From the UHGV virus genome UHGV-0213559: a DNA stretch of 43,138 nucleotides. One strand, 5' to 3'. Source of the stretch: a virus. Position 1 is the first letter of the stretch; the number at the start of each line of letters is the position of its first letter. The notes under the pieces are model-generated. The model was not told the origin of the DNA. It saw only the letters and a program-made list of their open reading frames with translations, and did no database searches. Below are positions 18,468 through 26,929 of the stretch, piece by piece. The translations under genes and the position numbers were made by a program.

Positions 18468-18737
18468 TTATAATATCCTCTCTAGGTTCTTGCTATCCAG
18501 CACCACTACGGTAAAGCCCAGTTTTCGCAGACGTTCATGTTCGCGCAATTGGTCAGGCCGTGGTGGCTTGCCGGGAGATTTACATTCAACGAAAACGATA
18601 CGACCACCTGGTAGCAGGACAATGCGATCCGGTACCGAGCGGTGACCGGGAGATACAAACTTAAAGGCCACTCCGCCAGCTTTTTTCACTTCAGCGACGA
18701 GATGCTTTTCGATAAGGCTTTCACGTTCATAGGCCAT
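18468..18737 (-). CDS. VRR-NUC domain nuclease
   Basis: PD-(D/E)xK-like signature ...PDRIVLL...VFVECKSPGK...; start taken at internal ATG (MAYERESL), ORF track extends to 18764. Confidence 0.55.
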   Translation of the reverse strand: MAYERESLIEKHLVAEVKKAGGVAFKFVSPGHRSVPDRIVLLPGGRIVFVECKSPGKPPRPDQLREHERLRKLGFTVVVLDSKNLERIL

Positions 18738-19026
18738 CTGAATCCCACTCTTCAAAAAGCACATTCAATTCCAGTTTCTCTGCCAACGCGTTTTCTGCAC
18801 GTGCGCCAGCAGAGTACTCCCACTCTTTGAGCATATAAATCGTATCGGCACAGCGAAGCATTGCGAGGCAGATGTCCATATACTGAGCCTGTGTCAAACC
18901 ATTGGGTAAAGTTGCGGGGTTAAGCACAACATATCCCTTGTCCGTTAGCCTCTTTGCTGCGGAATGAAAAGCCGGGCGGTTAAATTGCTCGTAACCGCTC
19001 ATCGGCCCGGCAACGTAAACGATCAT
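18727..19026 (-). CDS. DUF4406 / nucleoside 2-deoxyribosyltransferase-like protein
   Basis: N-terminal MIVYVAGPMSG resembles the Rossmann-like start of that family (from memory). Confidence 0.4.
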   Translation of the reverse strand: MIVYVAGPMSGYEQFNRPAFHSAAKRLTDKGYVVLNPATLPNGLTQAQYMDICLAMLRCADTIYMLKEWEYSAGARAENALAEKLELNVLFEEWDSDGL

Positions 19027-19238
19027 TCTTCGACCGCCTTACGCTTTTCACGCATATTCTGCATCAGGCAAAAATCAGATCTGCGTTCACTCCATTCCTG
19101 ATTCAGTTCGTGATGTGATTCGCGGTTGGCTTTTGCCCAGACCTTCGCTGCCCGGTCATATTCGCCGGATTGTTCAAGTCGCAAAGCCTCCCTTGCAGCC
19201 CTGTAATAAAGTGGATTGTCCCGGTATTTAAATGACAT
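19023..19238 (-). CDS. hypothetical small protein (71 aa)
   Basis: ORF-track ORF coupled to its neighbours in the leftward operon. Confidence 0.4.
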   Translation of the reverse strand: MSFKYRDNPLYYRAAREALRLEQSGEYDRAAKVWAKANRESHHELNQEWSERRSDFCLMQNMREKRKAVEE

Positions 19239-19243
19239 AGGAG

Positions 19244-21307
19244 TTAATCCTTACGGTAGTGGTACGCCTCAAAACCGCCAGCGTTCAGTGGGATATCGGG
19301 CGCCCATTCGGGGTTAGTGGAGAGAAGCGCGGAAAGCGCTTTATCGTTGAAATCTTCTGTGTCAGGTGCTTCGGTGATCACCTCGTCGTGTACCGTCAGC
19401 ACAATGCTGTAACCGGCATCTTCGATAAGCGGCATGTTTCCGGCCAGAACGTCGCGGGCGGCCGCCTGGGTGACGTTCTCTACCAGCTTTCCGCCGTAGG
19501 TTTTGAGTCGTTGCCATTTACGCGAATAAGAGTTAACACCCATATAGGTGATATCCCCTTTTTCGATAATCGGAGACGGGTAGCATACAGCGCGTCCGGA
19601 TGGTAGCTGTATGCGCAGCCACGCACCATCGCGGCGGATTTTAAGATAACCGCAATACAATGTTTTTTGCGGTGTGGCGATTGCAGTGCGGACGGTGCGC
19701 TCCAGTTCGTACCAGAAATCACAGGTCGCGGGATGCGCCCGGCGCCAGAGACGTTTAAGTGAGTCGCAGGCGATAAATACCCGTTCAGAAAGCCCGTAGG
19801 TTGACTTGCGTTTAACCGATTCGTCGTACCAGCTTTTCGCCTCGCGGATAACATCGCGGGGAATGTTTGGTAGTGCGGCGTTCGCCAGCTCGTCGAGATC
19901 GAGACCGTAAACCAGTGCAAAAGTGATGAAGGCCGACACACCACCACCATAACCCAGACCGAGTTCCATGACTTTACCGATCTGACGCATGTGTTTATCA
20001 ACATCATCTGGTGCAATATCGAAAGCTTTTGCATACGCCAGTTTATATAAGTCCGGACCCGTTCCGGCGTCGTACTCTCTGAATGCATTCAGTTTCCATT
20101 CTTCTCCCGCCAGCCATGCCAGCATACGGCCTTCAATGTTCGACAAGTCACTTACCACCAGCTTTTTGCCTGTTGGCGCGATAATGCAGCCACGTAACGC
20201 TGAACTGGTTAGTTCCATGATATTGTCAAACAGCAGGTCTGCACATCCGGCTTTCAGTGCTTCGATGCCTTCGTCTATTTGTTCCTGTTTTAGTGAAGGG
20301 CGGGGAAGGTTCTGGGGCTGGAATAGCCGTCCGGCCCAACGACCGGTACGTGACGCCCCGCAGAACTGTAGCGTACCGCGTAAGCGCCCGTCGTGGCTTA
20401 CGCCTTTCATCAGTGCCTTGTATTTACTGGTGCTGGTAGTACTGGCCTGCAGGCGGATAGCCAGCAGTTCTTTCACGGCAGATGGTAAATCGGGGTCGGC
20501 AATACGACGTTCCAGAGTACTGCGTTGCATGTCTGGTAGCTCCACACCGTAGGATTCAACAATGTGCTTAATCAACGCGTCTCGTTGTGTGGCTGCCTGC
20601 ACTTCGCCATCAGTCATTTCCTGTGTACGCTTTGCCAGGCGCTTTTGTTCCTGGTCTACCGCGTCGATCGCAGCGCGTGCGAGTTCCACGTCCATGCAGA
20701 CGCCCCGGTCATTGATCTGCTGATCACGATGCCAGAGCGCCAGTTCTGTCCCCTGATAATTCCACTTCGGCAGACGTTTATAGACTTCGCGCATTGCCTC
20801 GATATCCAGTCCGGCGTAAGCAACAAAGCGCCGCCATTCTTCCGGGTGGGTTTTGCTGGTGGCCCGGCGCAGTTTGCTGTTTTTCGGGCGTGGTTTACAG
20901 AACAGCTGGATCAGCGCTTTACCTTCTTTGTCCTTCGCTTTGTCTTGCGGGACGCCTAGTACTTCGCAGAGTTCCCCCAGAGACCCCGGGAGACCGTGCG
21001 CCAGCGCCTGCACCATTGTGTCGCGCCAACGTTCGACTGGCGGTGCCAGGCGCGGCATTGCATAACGCAGGACGGTGCGGTCGAAGTGAGAGTTATGAAA
21101 ATAAAGCAGGGTTTCAGGGGCTGCGATTGCTTCGTATAAGCCGTGTGGAATACCACTACCGGCAGTGATATCCCACACGTTTACGGGCCCGTCGTTGATA
21201 GCCCATGCGAACAGCATCACTTCAACGCCTTCGGCATACGCATGGGTACCGTTCGTAATAGGGATTTCGCAATAGGTTTCTAGGTCACCCCATAGTATAT
21301 TGGACAT
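19244..21307 (-). CDS. family A DNA polymerase (phage type)
   Basis: motif A-like DLSNIEGR, motif B-like [16 protein letters not shown], motif C-like VHDE; 687 aa. Confidence 0.75.
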   Translation of the reverse strand: MSNILWGDLETYCEIPITNGTHAYAEGVEVMLFAWAINDGPVNVWDITAGSGIPHGLYEAIAAPETLLYFHNSHFDRTVLRYAMPRLAPPVERWRDTMVQALAHGLPGSLGELCEVLGVPQDKAKDKEGKALIQLFCKPRPKNSKLRRATSKTHPEEWRRFVAYAGLDIEAMREVYKRLPKWNYQGTELALWHRDQQINDRGVCMDVELARAAIDAVDQEQKRLAKRTQEMTDGEVQAATQRDALIKHIVESYGVELPDMQRSTLERRIADPDLPSAVKELLAIRLQASTTSTSKYKALMKGVSHDGRLRGTLQFCGASRTGRWAGRLFQPQNLPRPSLKQEQIDEGIEALKAGCADLLFDNIMELTSSALRGCIIAPTGKKLVVSDLSNIEGRMLAWLAGEEWKLNAFREYDAGTGPDLYKLAYAKAFDIAPDDVDKHMRQIGKVMELGLGYGGGVSAFITFALVYGLDLDELANAALPNIPRDVIREAKSWYDESVKRKSTYGLSERVFIACDSLKRLWRRAHPATCDFWYELERTVRTAIATPQKTLYCGYLKIRRDGAWLRIQLPSGRAVCYPSPIIEKGDITYMGVNSYSRKWQRLKTYGGKLVENVTQAAARDVLAGNMPLIEDAGYSIVLTVHDEVITEAPDTEDFNDKALSALLSTNPEWAPDIPLNAGGFEAYHYRKD

Positions 21308-21363
21308 AAAATAACCTTGTGTGATATATGGTTATGTAGGTGTAAATAAACAAGGAGACGGCG

Positions 21364-21633
21364 GTGTTTAGCTTTGGTATCGGAATACTTTCATTGATAG
21401 GTATTATTGCTTTCCCCATTCTTTATATTTTAGGGAGAATAGTTCGGGCTGGTGGCGCATGGCTCGAACGTGAAGAAGGTCCTAAGGATCGTGTTCTTCC
21501 CAAAATTATAATTTTTGCGCTTATTGGGTTCTTTCTTGGGTGTTTGGCTCAGCCTGTATGGGACAGCATTTCGGCATGTAGAGACTATGGCAATCCAATA
21601 GGGAAATGTCTTTTTAAATTCAATGAATTTTAA
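21364..21633 (+). CDS. small two-helix membrane protein (89 aa), cargo gene
   Basis: GTG start with AAGGAG SD 7 nt upstream; two hydrophobic helices; opposite strand to the surrounding operon; hairpin plus T-run downstream. Confidence 0.45.
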   Translation: MFSFGIGILSLIGIIAFPILYILGRIVRAGGAWLEREEGPKDRVLPKIIIFALIGFFLGCLAQPVWDSISACRDYGNPIGKCLFKFNEF

Positions 21634-21700
21634 TTTTTAGTATTGCGGTAGGCTGGTTTGGATAACTATTTTCTTAAGCCAGCCTTTGTTATAAGAAATA

Positions 21701-22339
21701 TTAAGCATCTACCCCTTCGTCAGAAGGGAGGCCGATCATTTCGTTGAGAGTTTCGCGTCGTATAGCTGGCGGAAGCGGAGCAGATGGTGCATCGGCTGGC
21801 AGAAGTTCTTTAGCTTCAGGCCACTCTTCCAGCAGGCGCTTAACTGTGCGCACTTTACTGAGTGCAGCGCTGACATTCTGTCGAATGTCTGACTCATCGC
21901 TCTGTATCTGCTCATAAAGTGCATCAAACCCGTAAAACTCTGTAACTAGAGGGTCATTTGCCAGAAGGGTAAATGTCCCCGGCGCGATTTTGTGAATATG
22001 GTCTGGTGACCCTGATTCATATCCTCGATAGTTACCGTTGAAATAGACGGTAACCCGAGAACCTGCCAGATTCAGACACATGTAACACTCTTTCCTGATA
22101 ATATTATTGGCGGTTTTTAATGCTTCGGGGAATTTTGATACCAGTGTTTCTATTTTTTTTATAATTTTTAATATTTCAGCTTCTTTCTCTACGCCCCCGA
22201 TAGCTGCAAGCCGAACACGTTCGGCCCATTCAACACGAGCAGCTCGTAGTGCTGATTTACGTTTGGGGATACACGCTTTCTCAAGTGCGTTATTGATGAT
22301 TTGAGTTTTAAGGTGATTAGTTAATACGGGCTGTGACAT
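21701..22339 (-). CDS. hypothetical phage protein (212 aa)
   Basis: start taken at ATG 22339 with GAGGGA SD (ORF track extends to 22369). Confidence 0.45.
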   Translation of the reverse strand: MSQPVLTNHLKTQIINNALEKACIPKRKSALRAARVEWAERVRLAAIGGVEKEAEILKIIKKIETLVSKFPEALKTANNIIRKECYMCLNLAGSRVTVYFNGNYRGYESGSPDHIHKIAPGTFTLLANDPLVTEFYGFDALYEQIQSDESDIRQNVSAALSKVRTVKRLLEEWPEAKELLPADAPSAPLPPAIRRETLNEMIGLPSDEGVDA

Positions 22340-22390
22340 TATTCTTTCCCTCATGAGATACCCCAGCACGTAGCTGGGGGATGAATATTT

Positions 22391-22939
22391 TTAAATTAGT
22401 GCTTCAGCATCAGCACCTTCGCTGATATCGTCGAAATCGTCAGCGCTTGCCACTCCGCCGCCAGCAAATGCATCGCCGTCTCGCAGGAACTGGACTCCGC
22501 CGAGTGAGGCATTAATGCGTTTACCGAAATTATTGTCCTGTGCCCAGATATCGATAACGGCGTTTACATAGCACCCTGCATAGGGACGTCCATCAGCCTG
22601 AATTAGTGGCGAACGATCGCGATCAAGAACAGCTGGGCGCGCTTTGTTAGCAGCATTCAGGAAGAAATTGCCGGGGAAGCCTTCATACTCTGCTTTTTCA
22701 TCACCATCATGCAGGCACAGATTGAGTTTTTTCTCCAGCTGGTTATAAATGGGCTCCCACTTCTCTCCCCATTTTTCCTTCGCTACCTGCTTCATAGCTT
22801 TACGGATTTCTTCCAGTTGTGGGTGTTTGGGAGACATTAAAAATACTGCGGAGAAACGCGGATCGCCTTCGCCGTTTACAGTTTTAGCTTCAAACAGAGA
22901 CGGGAAGGCCAGACGAACATTGTTCAGCTTCAGTTTCAT
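22391..22939 (-). CDS. DUF2815-like phage protein (possible ssDNA-binding)
   Basis: N-terminus MKLKLNNVRLAFPSLF typical of that family (from memory); sits next to a DUF2800-like gene. Confidence 0.55.
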   Translation of the reverse strand: MKLKLNNVRLAFPSLFEAKTVNGEGDPRFSAVFLMSPKHPQLEEIRKAMKQVAKEKWGEKWEPIYNQLEKKLNLCLHDGDEKAEYEGFPGNFFLNAANKARPAVLDRDRSPLIQADGRPYAGCYVNAVIDIWAQDNNFGKRINASLGGVQFLRDGDAFAGGGVASADDFDDISEGADAEALI

Positions 22940-22954
22940 GGGTATTTCCTTAAA

Positions 22955-24256
22955 TCAGATGAGGTCTGCGGTTAGCGTATCGTCGGATACGTCGTCGAAA
23001 TCATTTACAGGGTTGATATTGAGTGCGGGGCGTGGGTCTGACTCGGGAACGACGGTTGGTTTACCATCAGCTCGTGTTATCAGTGCCTCGACTTTTGACC
23101 AACGGCGTGGACTGGCCTTTTTGATAAGTTTTTCGGCTTTTGTGGGACTAATAAGTTTAAAGTCGAATACTTCTTCAGTTTTGTACCTGAACTGGTCCTT
23201 CAGAAGTGCGCGAGCTGCCTCTTCATCACTCCAGGCCCGGTTACCTTGTTTTCCTGTTACCAGTTTAAACCCCGGTACCGGATGTCCGGCATTGAGTTCA
23301 TTGTGAACCCGGTCCCGTACTGCCTTTAGCCAGGACTCAATAAAGTCGGCCTGGCTATAGATCTTCGCAAGCTGCTCAATGGTTAACAGAGGTACACGTG
23401 CGCTGGCATTGGTGATTATTTCGCTGACAGGCTTTGTCAGATCTTCAAAGTCGCTGGCCGCTGTTTGTAAATGCTGCATTTTCTGGGCAGTGCAAATAGC
23501 TTTTGCTTTACAGAAGCGGCACTGTTTTTCTCCAGGTATGAAGTTTTCCAGCGGTAGTGTCTCAATGCCTTCGCATTCAGCAATATTGAGAACAAGGATC
23601 GCACTGGTTGCGGCCTCCTGTGCTCGTTTACCGAAAGACTGAAGTTCCTGCACGGTTAACGACCATTCTGAAACGTGGTTGAGCCTTGGCTGGTGAATAA
23701 ATAATCTTACAGTCTCAAAGTCATACAGCATGCTGAATTGTTCGAGCGCACCCAGAGCATACAGTTGTAGTTGCTCATTTTGTTCTGCATCAATGCGGAC
23801 GCCTTTGCCATATTTCAGGTCGTGGATTTGTAATTCGCTACCAGCAATGATTATGCCGTCGGCAGTTCCGAAAGATTCTTCCACACCCGTTATATGTGAG
23901 AAATCAACACGTTGTTCAACCAATAGTTCATTATTCTGTGCAAGAGTCCAGACCGTATCAACATACCGGCCAACGGCTTCGACCATTTCATCATCCACCT
24001 GTGGGCCAGATGTATCATCAGGATTTTCGCGAAGGGGGTATGAGCCGAGAAACATAGAAACATTGCATCCGGCGTAGTGTTCCGGGTGGCTTTGCCTGTT
24101 TCGTAGAACTTTTTCAGCAAGCGCGTGCGCTGCAGTGCCCTCGATTGCAAAAGTTGTTTCTTTATCCGGTTGTGTGGCCTCCAGCGCCAGACTTCCTGGG
24201 CAGCGCATCCATCGATGCGCTGATGATGGAGAAAGTTGTGCATGAACGTCTGGCAT
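22955..24256 (-). CDS. DUF2800 / Cas4-like PD-(D/E)xK nuclease
   Basis: N-terminal [14 protein letters not shown] and C-terminal Cys cluster [10 protein letters not shown] (Fe-S-like). Confidence 0.6.
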   Translation of the reverse strand: MPDVHAQLSPSSAHRWMRCPGSLALEATQPDKETTFAIEGTAAHALAEKVLRNRQSHPEHYAGCNVSMFLGSYPLRENPDDTSGPQVDDEMVEAVGRYVDTVWTLAQNNELLVEQRVDFSHITGVEESFGTADGIIIAGSELQIHDLKYGKGVRIDAEQNEQLQLYALGALEQFSMLYDFETVRLFIHQPRLNHVSEWSLTVQELQSFGKRAQEAATSAILVLNIAECEGIETLPLENFIPGEKQCRFCKAKAICTAQKMQHLQTAASDFEDLTKPVSEIITNASARVPLLTIEQLAKIYSQADFIESWLKAVRDRVHNELNAGHPVPGFKLVTGKQGNRAWSDEEAARALLKDQFRYKTEEVFDFKLISPTKAEKLIKKASPRRWSKVEALITRADGKPTVVPESDPRPALNINPVNDFDDVSDDTLTADLI

Positions 24257-24258
24257 GA

Positions 24259-25161
24259 TTAACCCTCCAGTGCTTTTTCAGCCAGGGTGATTACTTCAGC
24301 GAGATTTTCATCCGTTACTTCACCAAGTTTCCTGGCTCCCTGTTTTTCCAGAATTGCAATAGCTTCTGCCCGGTAACCCCCTTTTGCTAACTGGAGGATC
24401 AACCCTTCAGCTTGTTTGCGTAGTGCCGCGAAATCAATTGTATGGTCATCTTTGGCGTCATTATTCTGGCTGGAATTTGCTGCGTCTCTGCGTGCAAATT
24501 CTTCCTGCAGCTGAAGGTACTCAACACGGTTGATCTCGATATGGCCTTTTTTCAGCATCTCGTTCAACTTGCGTAAGGTGTGGAGTTCACTGGCTGCTGT
24601 GCCGGATACATTTTTGACGTAAAACGGCCCCGTGCGTTCTCCATCTTTGTTACTGGCCTTTTTCGGCTTAACTTCATCACGCCCATCCGCAGGTGCATCA
24701 AGTAGCTGCTCGGCAAAAGCACGTCGCTCGCCGATGGTTGGCAGGTCGTCCCAGAACTTAAGAATGTTACGGGACAGGTCCAGAAGAGCGGGTTTAAGCA
24801 GCGCCCTGGCTCGTTTGACGCCCTGCAATGCGCTGTCGAGAGCATCAATCTGAACTACTCGTTTATCGCCTTCAGCATCACGGTAGGCAACAGCACGTTG
24901 CAGCATGTCTTCTGTGATAGGGGTGGCTACCGGGTAGAAACCAGCCAGTGCGATAACGTCGCTGAACTCCAGATCATCCAGTGTCATTGCCGCTGACATA
25001 TTTTCAGTTTCAGTTGCTGTATCCCGACATTCCTGCACTCGTGAAATCGTGTCAGGATGCATAACAATACCTGATGCCATTGTGCGGATAAGACGTTCAA
25101 GCAGCGCATTATGTTGTGCCAGAAGTTGATTATTAAGTTCGAGACTGGTTTCTAAACTCAT
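24259..25161 (-). CDS. hypothetical phage protein (300 aa)
   Basis: ORF-track ORF in the leftward early operon, coupled to the small upstream ORF. Confidence 0.45.
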   Translation of the reverse strand: MSLETSLELNNQLLAQHNALLERLIRTMASGIVMHPDTISRVQECRDTATETENMSAAMTLDDLEFSDVIALAGFYPVATPITEDMLQRAVAYRDAEGDKRVVQIDALDSALQGVKRARALLKPALLDLSRNILKFWDDLPTIGERRAFAEQLLDAPADGRDEVKPKKASNKDGERTGPFYVKNVSGTAASELHTLRKLNEMLKKGHIEINRVEYLQLQEEFARRDAANSSQNNDAKDDHTIDFAALRKQAEGLILQLAKGGYRAEAIAILEKQGARKLGEVTDENLAEVITLAEKALEG

Positions 25162-25307
25162 ACTGTGGTCCTCGCTACAAGGAGAATGAAAGTGATGATC
25201 AGACCGAGCGCAGTGGCAACGGCCAGACCGGTCATCAAATCGAAGTTTTTACGGCGATAACGGAGAACATCGCGCCCCGTCAGTCGATAGAGGTGTTCAG
25301 GTTTCAT
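25158..25307 (-). CDS. small tail-anchored membrane protein (49 aa)
   Basis: not in the ORF track (under 60 aa); translated by hand as [49 protein letters not shown]; its TGA overlaps the ATG of the downstream gene. Confidence 0.3.
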   Translation of the reverse strand: MKPEHLYRLTGRDVLRYRRKNFDLMTGLAVATALGLIITFILLVARTTV

Positions 25308-25423
25308 CGGTTGTATTCCTTTTTTCATATCGGGGAGCGCGCTGTTGCGAGTGCGCTTTCAGACATAAAAAAGCCCGTCACTTGCGGCGGGCAAAGACTA
25401 CACACAGCAATTACATGGATGAT

Positions 25424-25618
25424 TCAGTTGGTATTGTGCGTACGTGGTACCACAAGGTTGAAGCGGACACGCCAGTGCGTTGCAATGGTATGCAGGAAAG
25501 CACCACATCCAGGGCAGTGCTCATAACATTCGTTGATTTGGTATCGTTTTGGCTTTGGTGTCTGAAGCTGTGTTTGGCAAGCAGGGCATTCACCTTTGAG
25601 CGGTTTATACGTTTTCAC
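25424..25618 (-). CDS. zinc-ribbon small protein (64 aa)
   Basis: two CxxC pairs (CPAC, CPGC); GTG start preceded by GAGGAA. Confidence 0.35.
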   Translation of the reverse strand: MKTYKPLKGECPACQTQLQTPKPKRYQINECYEHCPGCGAFLHTIATHWRVRFNLVVPRTHNTN

Positions 25619-25805
25619 GCCGTTTCCTCATTCAGTTCACTTTGGTGGTTCGGCGGCTTCGACTTGTATCAGTAGACAGTGCTTCGCCGCACCCCAAAGG
25701 GAACTTACTGACCCGTATTGCCGACATCCTGTCCCGCCACGGTCCCGACGCATGGTTTAGAGTCGCGCCGTTCGACTTGTGGTTTAAATATCTGTGTATA
25801 GATAT

Positions 25806-25865
25806 CTTAACTTCACGCACATAGTTAAGACCTCTAAACTCGCAAAGTCAAGTGTTGCAGTTAAG
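25806..25865. promoter_or_regulatory. candidate left operator/promoter (OL) region
   Basis: inverted repeat CTTAACT-N10-AGTTAAG (25806-25829) plus a further GTTAAG at 25860-25865; same half-site as next to cro. Confidence 0.35.
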
Positions 25866-25888
25866 AAAAGTGAACTTTTTCGGATAGG

Positions 25889-25916
25889 TAAAGAAAAGCC
25901 CGCTTAGGAAGCGGGC
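25889..25916 (-). terminator. intrinsic terminator downstream of cI (minus strand)
   Basis: hairpin GCCCGCTT-AGG-AAGCGGGC with an A-run on the plus strand (T-run on the minus strand) just after the cI stop. Confidence 0.45.
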
Positions 25917-25940
25917 ATGTGGTATAGAGTGAATTTACGC

Positions 25941-26633
25941 TCAGAGCAGAACGGAGTACCAAAATACTTGGCCTATAATCCTGATTTTATTAGCCTCTTG
26001 ATTAAAATACTCTTCGTCTGCGTATTCATCCCTATTGAAAGAGCGTATCCGGAGTCCGCTTGGGAGACGGTACAATAGTTTGACACGAAGTAATCCGTCT
26101 TGGTCTATAGCGTACATTTGACCATCTTTTACACCTGTTTTTGATGTATCTATGCCGACGACAGCGCCATCCGGTAATACCGGTTCCATGCTGTTGCCGT
26201 GGATGCTGACACAAGCCGCACAATTTACGTCAACACCTGCTTTGCGCAACGTTGAACGGGCGAATCTTAACTTACATCCCATTCGATCTATATCAACATA
26301 AGTACCATTACCGGCAGATAGCTCAATTTCCTGATAGAACGGTATTTCCACTTCATCATCCTCTAATGGCGTTGATGAGTCCCATACAGAAAACCCCCCC
26401 TCAACTTGTGCATTAGAATGTATTTCTTTGGTATCGCTTGTTTTGCCTGAAAGTAGCCACTCTGGAGAAACGTTCAATGCTTCGGCCAGATTTATAAGAT
26501 TTTTCCCGTTAGGTGTGGTGTTTCCGGATTCCCATTGTGAAATCGTGGCTTTAGTTAGACCAATACGTTTAGCAAGCGCATCCTGCGTTAGGTGGACATT
26601 GCGACGAGCCTCGCGAATACGATCATTAATCAT
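25941..26633 (-). CDS. cI: CI-like repressor (HTH plus S24 LexA-like peptidase)
   Basis: N-terminal HTH (LTQDALAKRIGLTKATISQWESG) and C-terminal S24 signature (HGNSMEP Ser, downstream Lys); divergent from a cro-like gene. Confidence 0.8.
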   Translation of the reverse strand: MINDRIREARRNVHLTQDALAKRIGLTKATISQWESGNTTPNGKNLINLAEALNVSPEWLLSGKTSDTKEIHSNAQVEGGFSVWDSSTPLEDDEVEIPFYQEIELSAGNGTYVDIDRMGCKLRFARSTLRKAGVDVNCAACVSIHGNSMEPVLPDGAVVGIDTSKTGVKDGQMYAIDQDGLLRVKLLYRLPSGLRIRSFNRDEYADEEYFNQEANKIRIIGQVFWYSVLL

Positions 26634-26640
26634 GGTTTTA

Positions 26641-26722
26641 CCCTCATATAGTTTAGTTAGCTTAACTTAATCAGGGTATCGCTTTCTTGACTTATGGGTT
26701 TAGTTTTCTTAACCTCATATAA
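26641..26722. promoter_or_regulatory. candidate right operator/promoter (OR) region between cI and cro
   Basis: two 14-bp repeats TTAGTTnnCTTAAC (26653-26666, 26700-26713), each flanked by CCTCATATA; AGTTA-GCT-TAACT is palindromic. Confidence 0.4.
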
Positions 26723-26746
26723 CCATATATTTCCTGGGTAACGGTT

Positions 26747-26929
26747 ATGAAAAAAGCAGAAGCAATTGAGCTTGCAGGAAGTAAAGCGAAACTAGCGAGA
26801 CTATTGAAGGTTTCCAAAGGAGCCGTATCTCAATGGGGGGAGGAAATCCCAGAGCTAAGAGCTCTTCAACTTGAAAAAATTTTGGAGCAAAAAAATGTAG
26901 TCAAACAAAAAGGCGTAACCCATGTCTGA
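26747..26929 (+). CDS. cro: Cro-like HTH regulator
   Basis: 60-aa HTH protein divergent from cI; its 3' end overlaps the primase start. Confidence 0.6.
   Translation: MKKAEAIELAGSKAKLARLLKVSKGAVSQWGEEIPELRALQLEKILEQKNVVKQKGVTHV

Noticed and set aside
25632-25824. Overlapping 60-62-aa ORFs on both strands in the region left of cI (possible N-like antiterminator)
   Set aside because: The two ORFs overlap each other almost completely inside a region full of operator-like repeats and a terminator; neither has a clear ribosome-binding site, so no gene is called.
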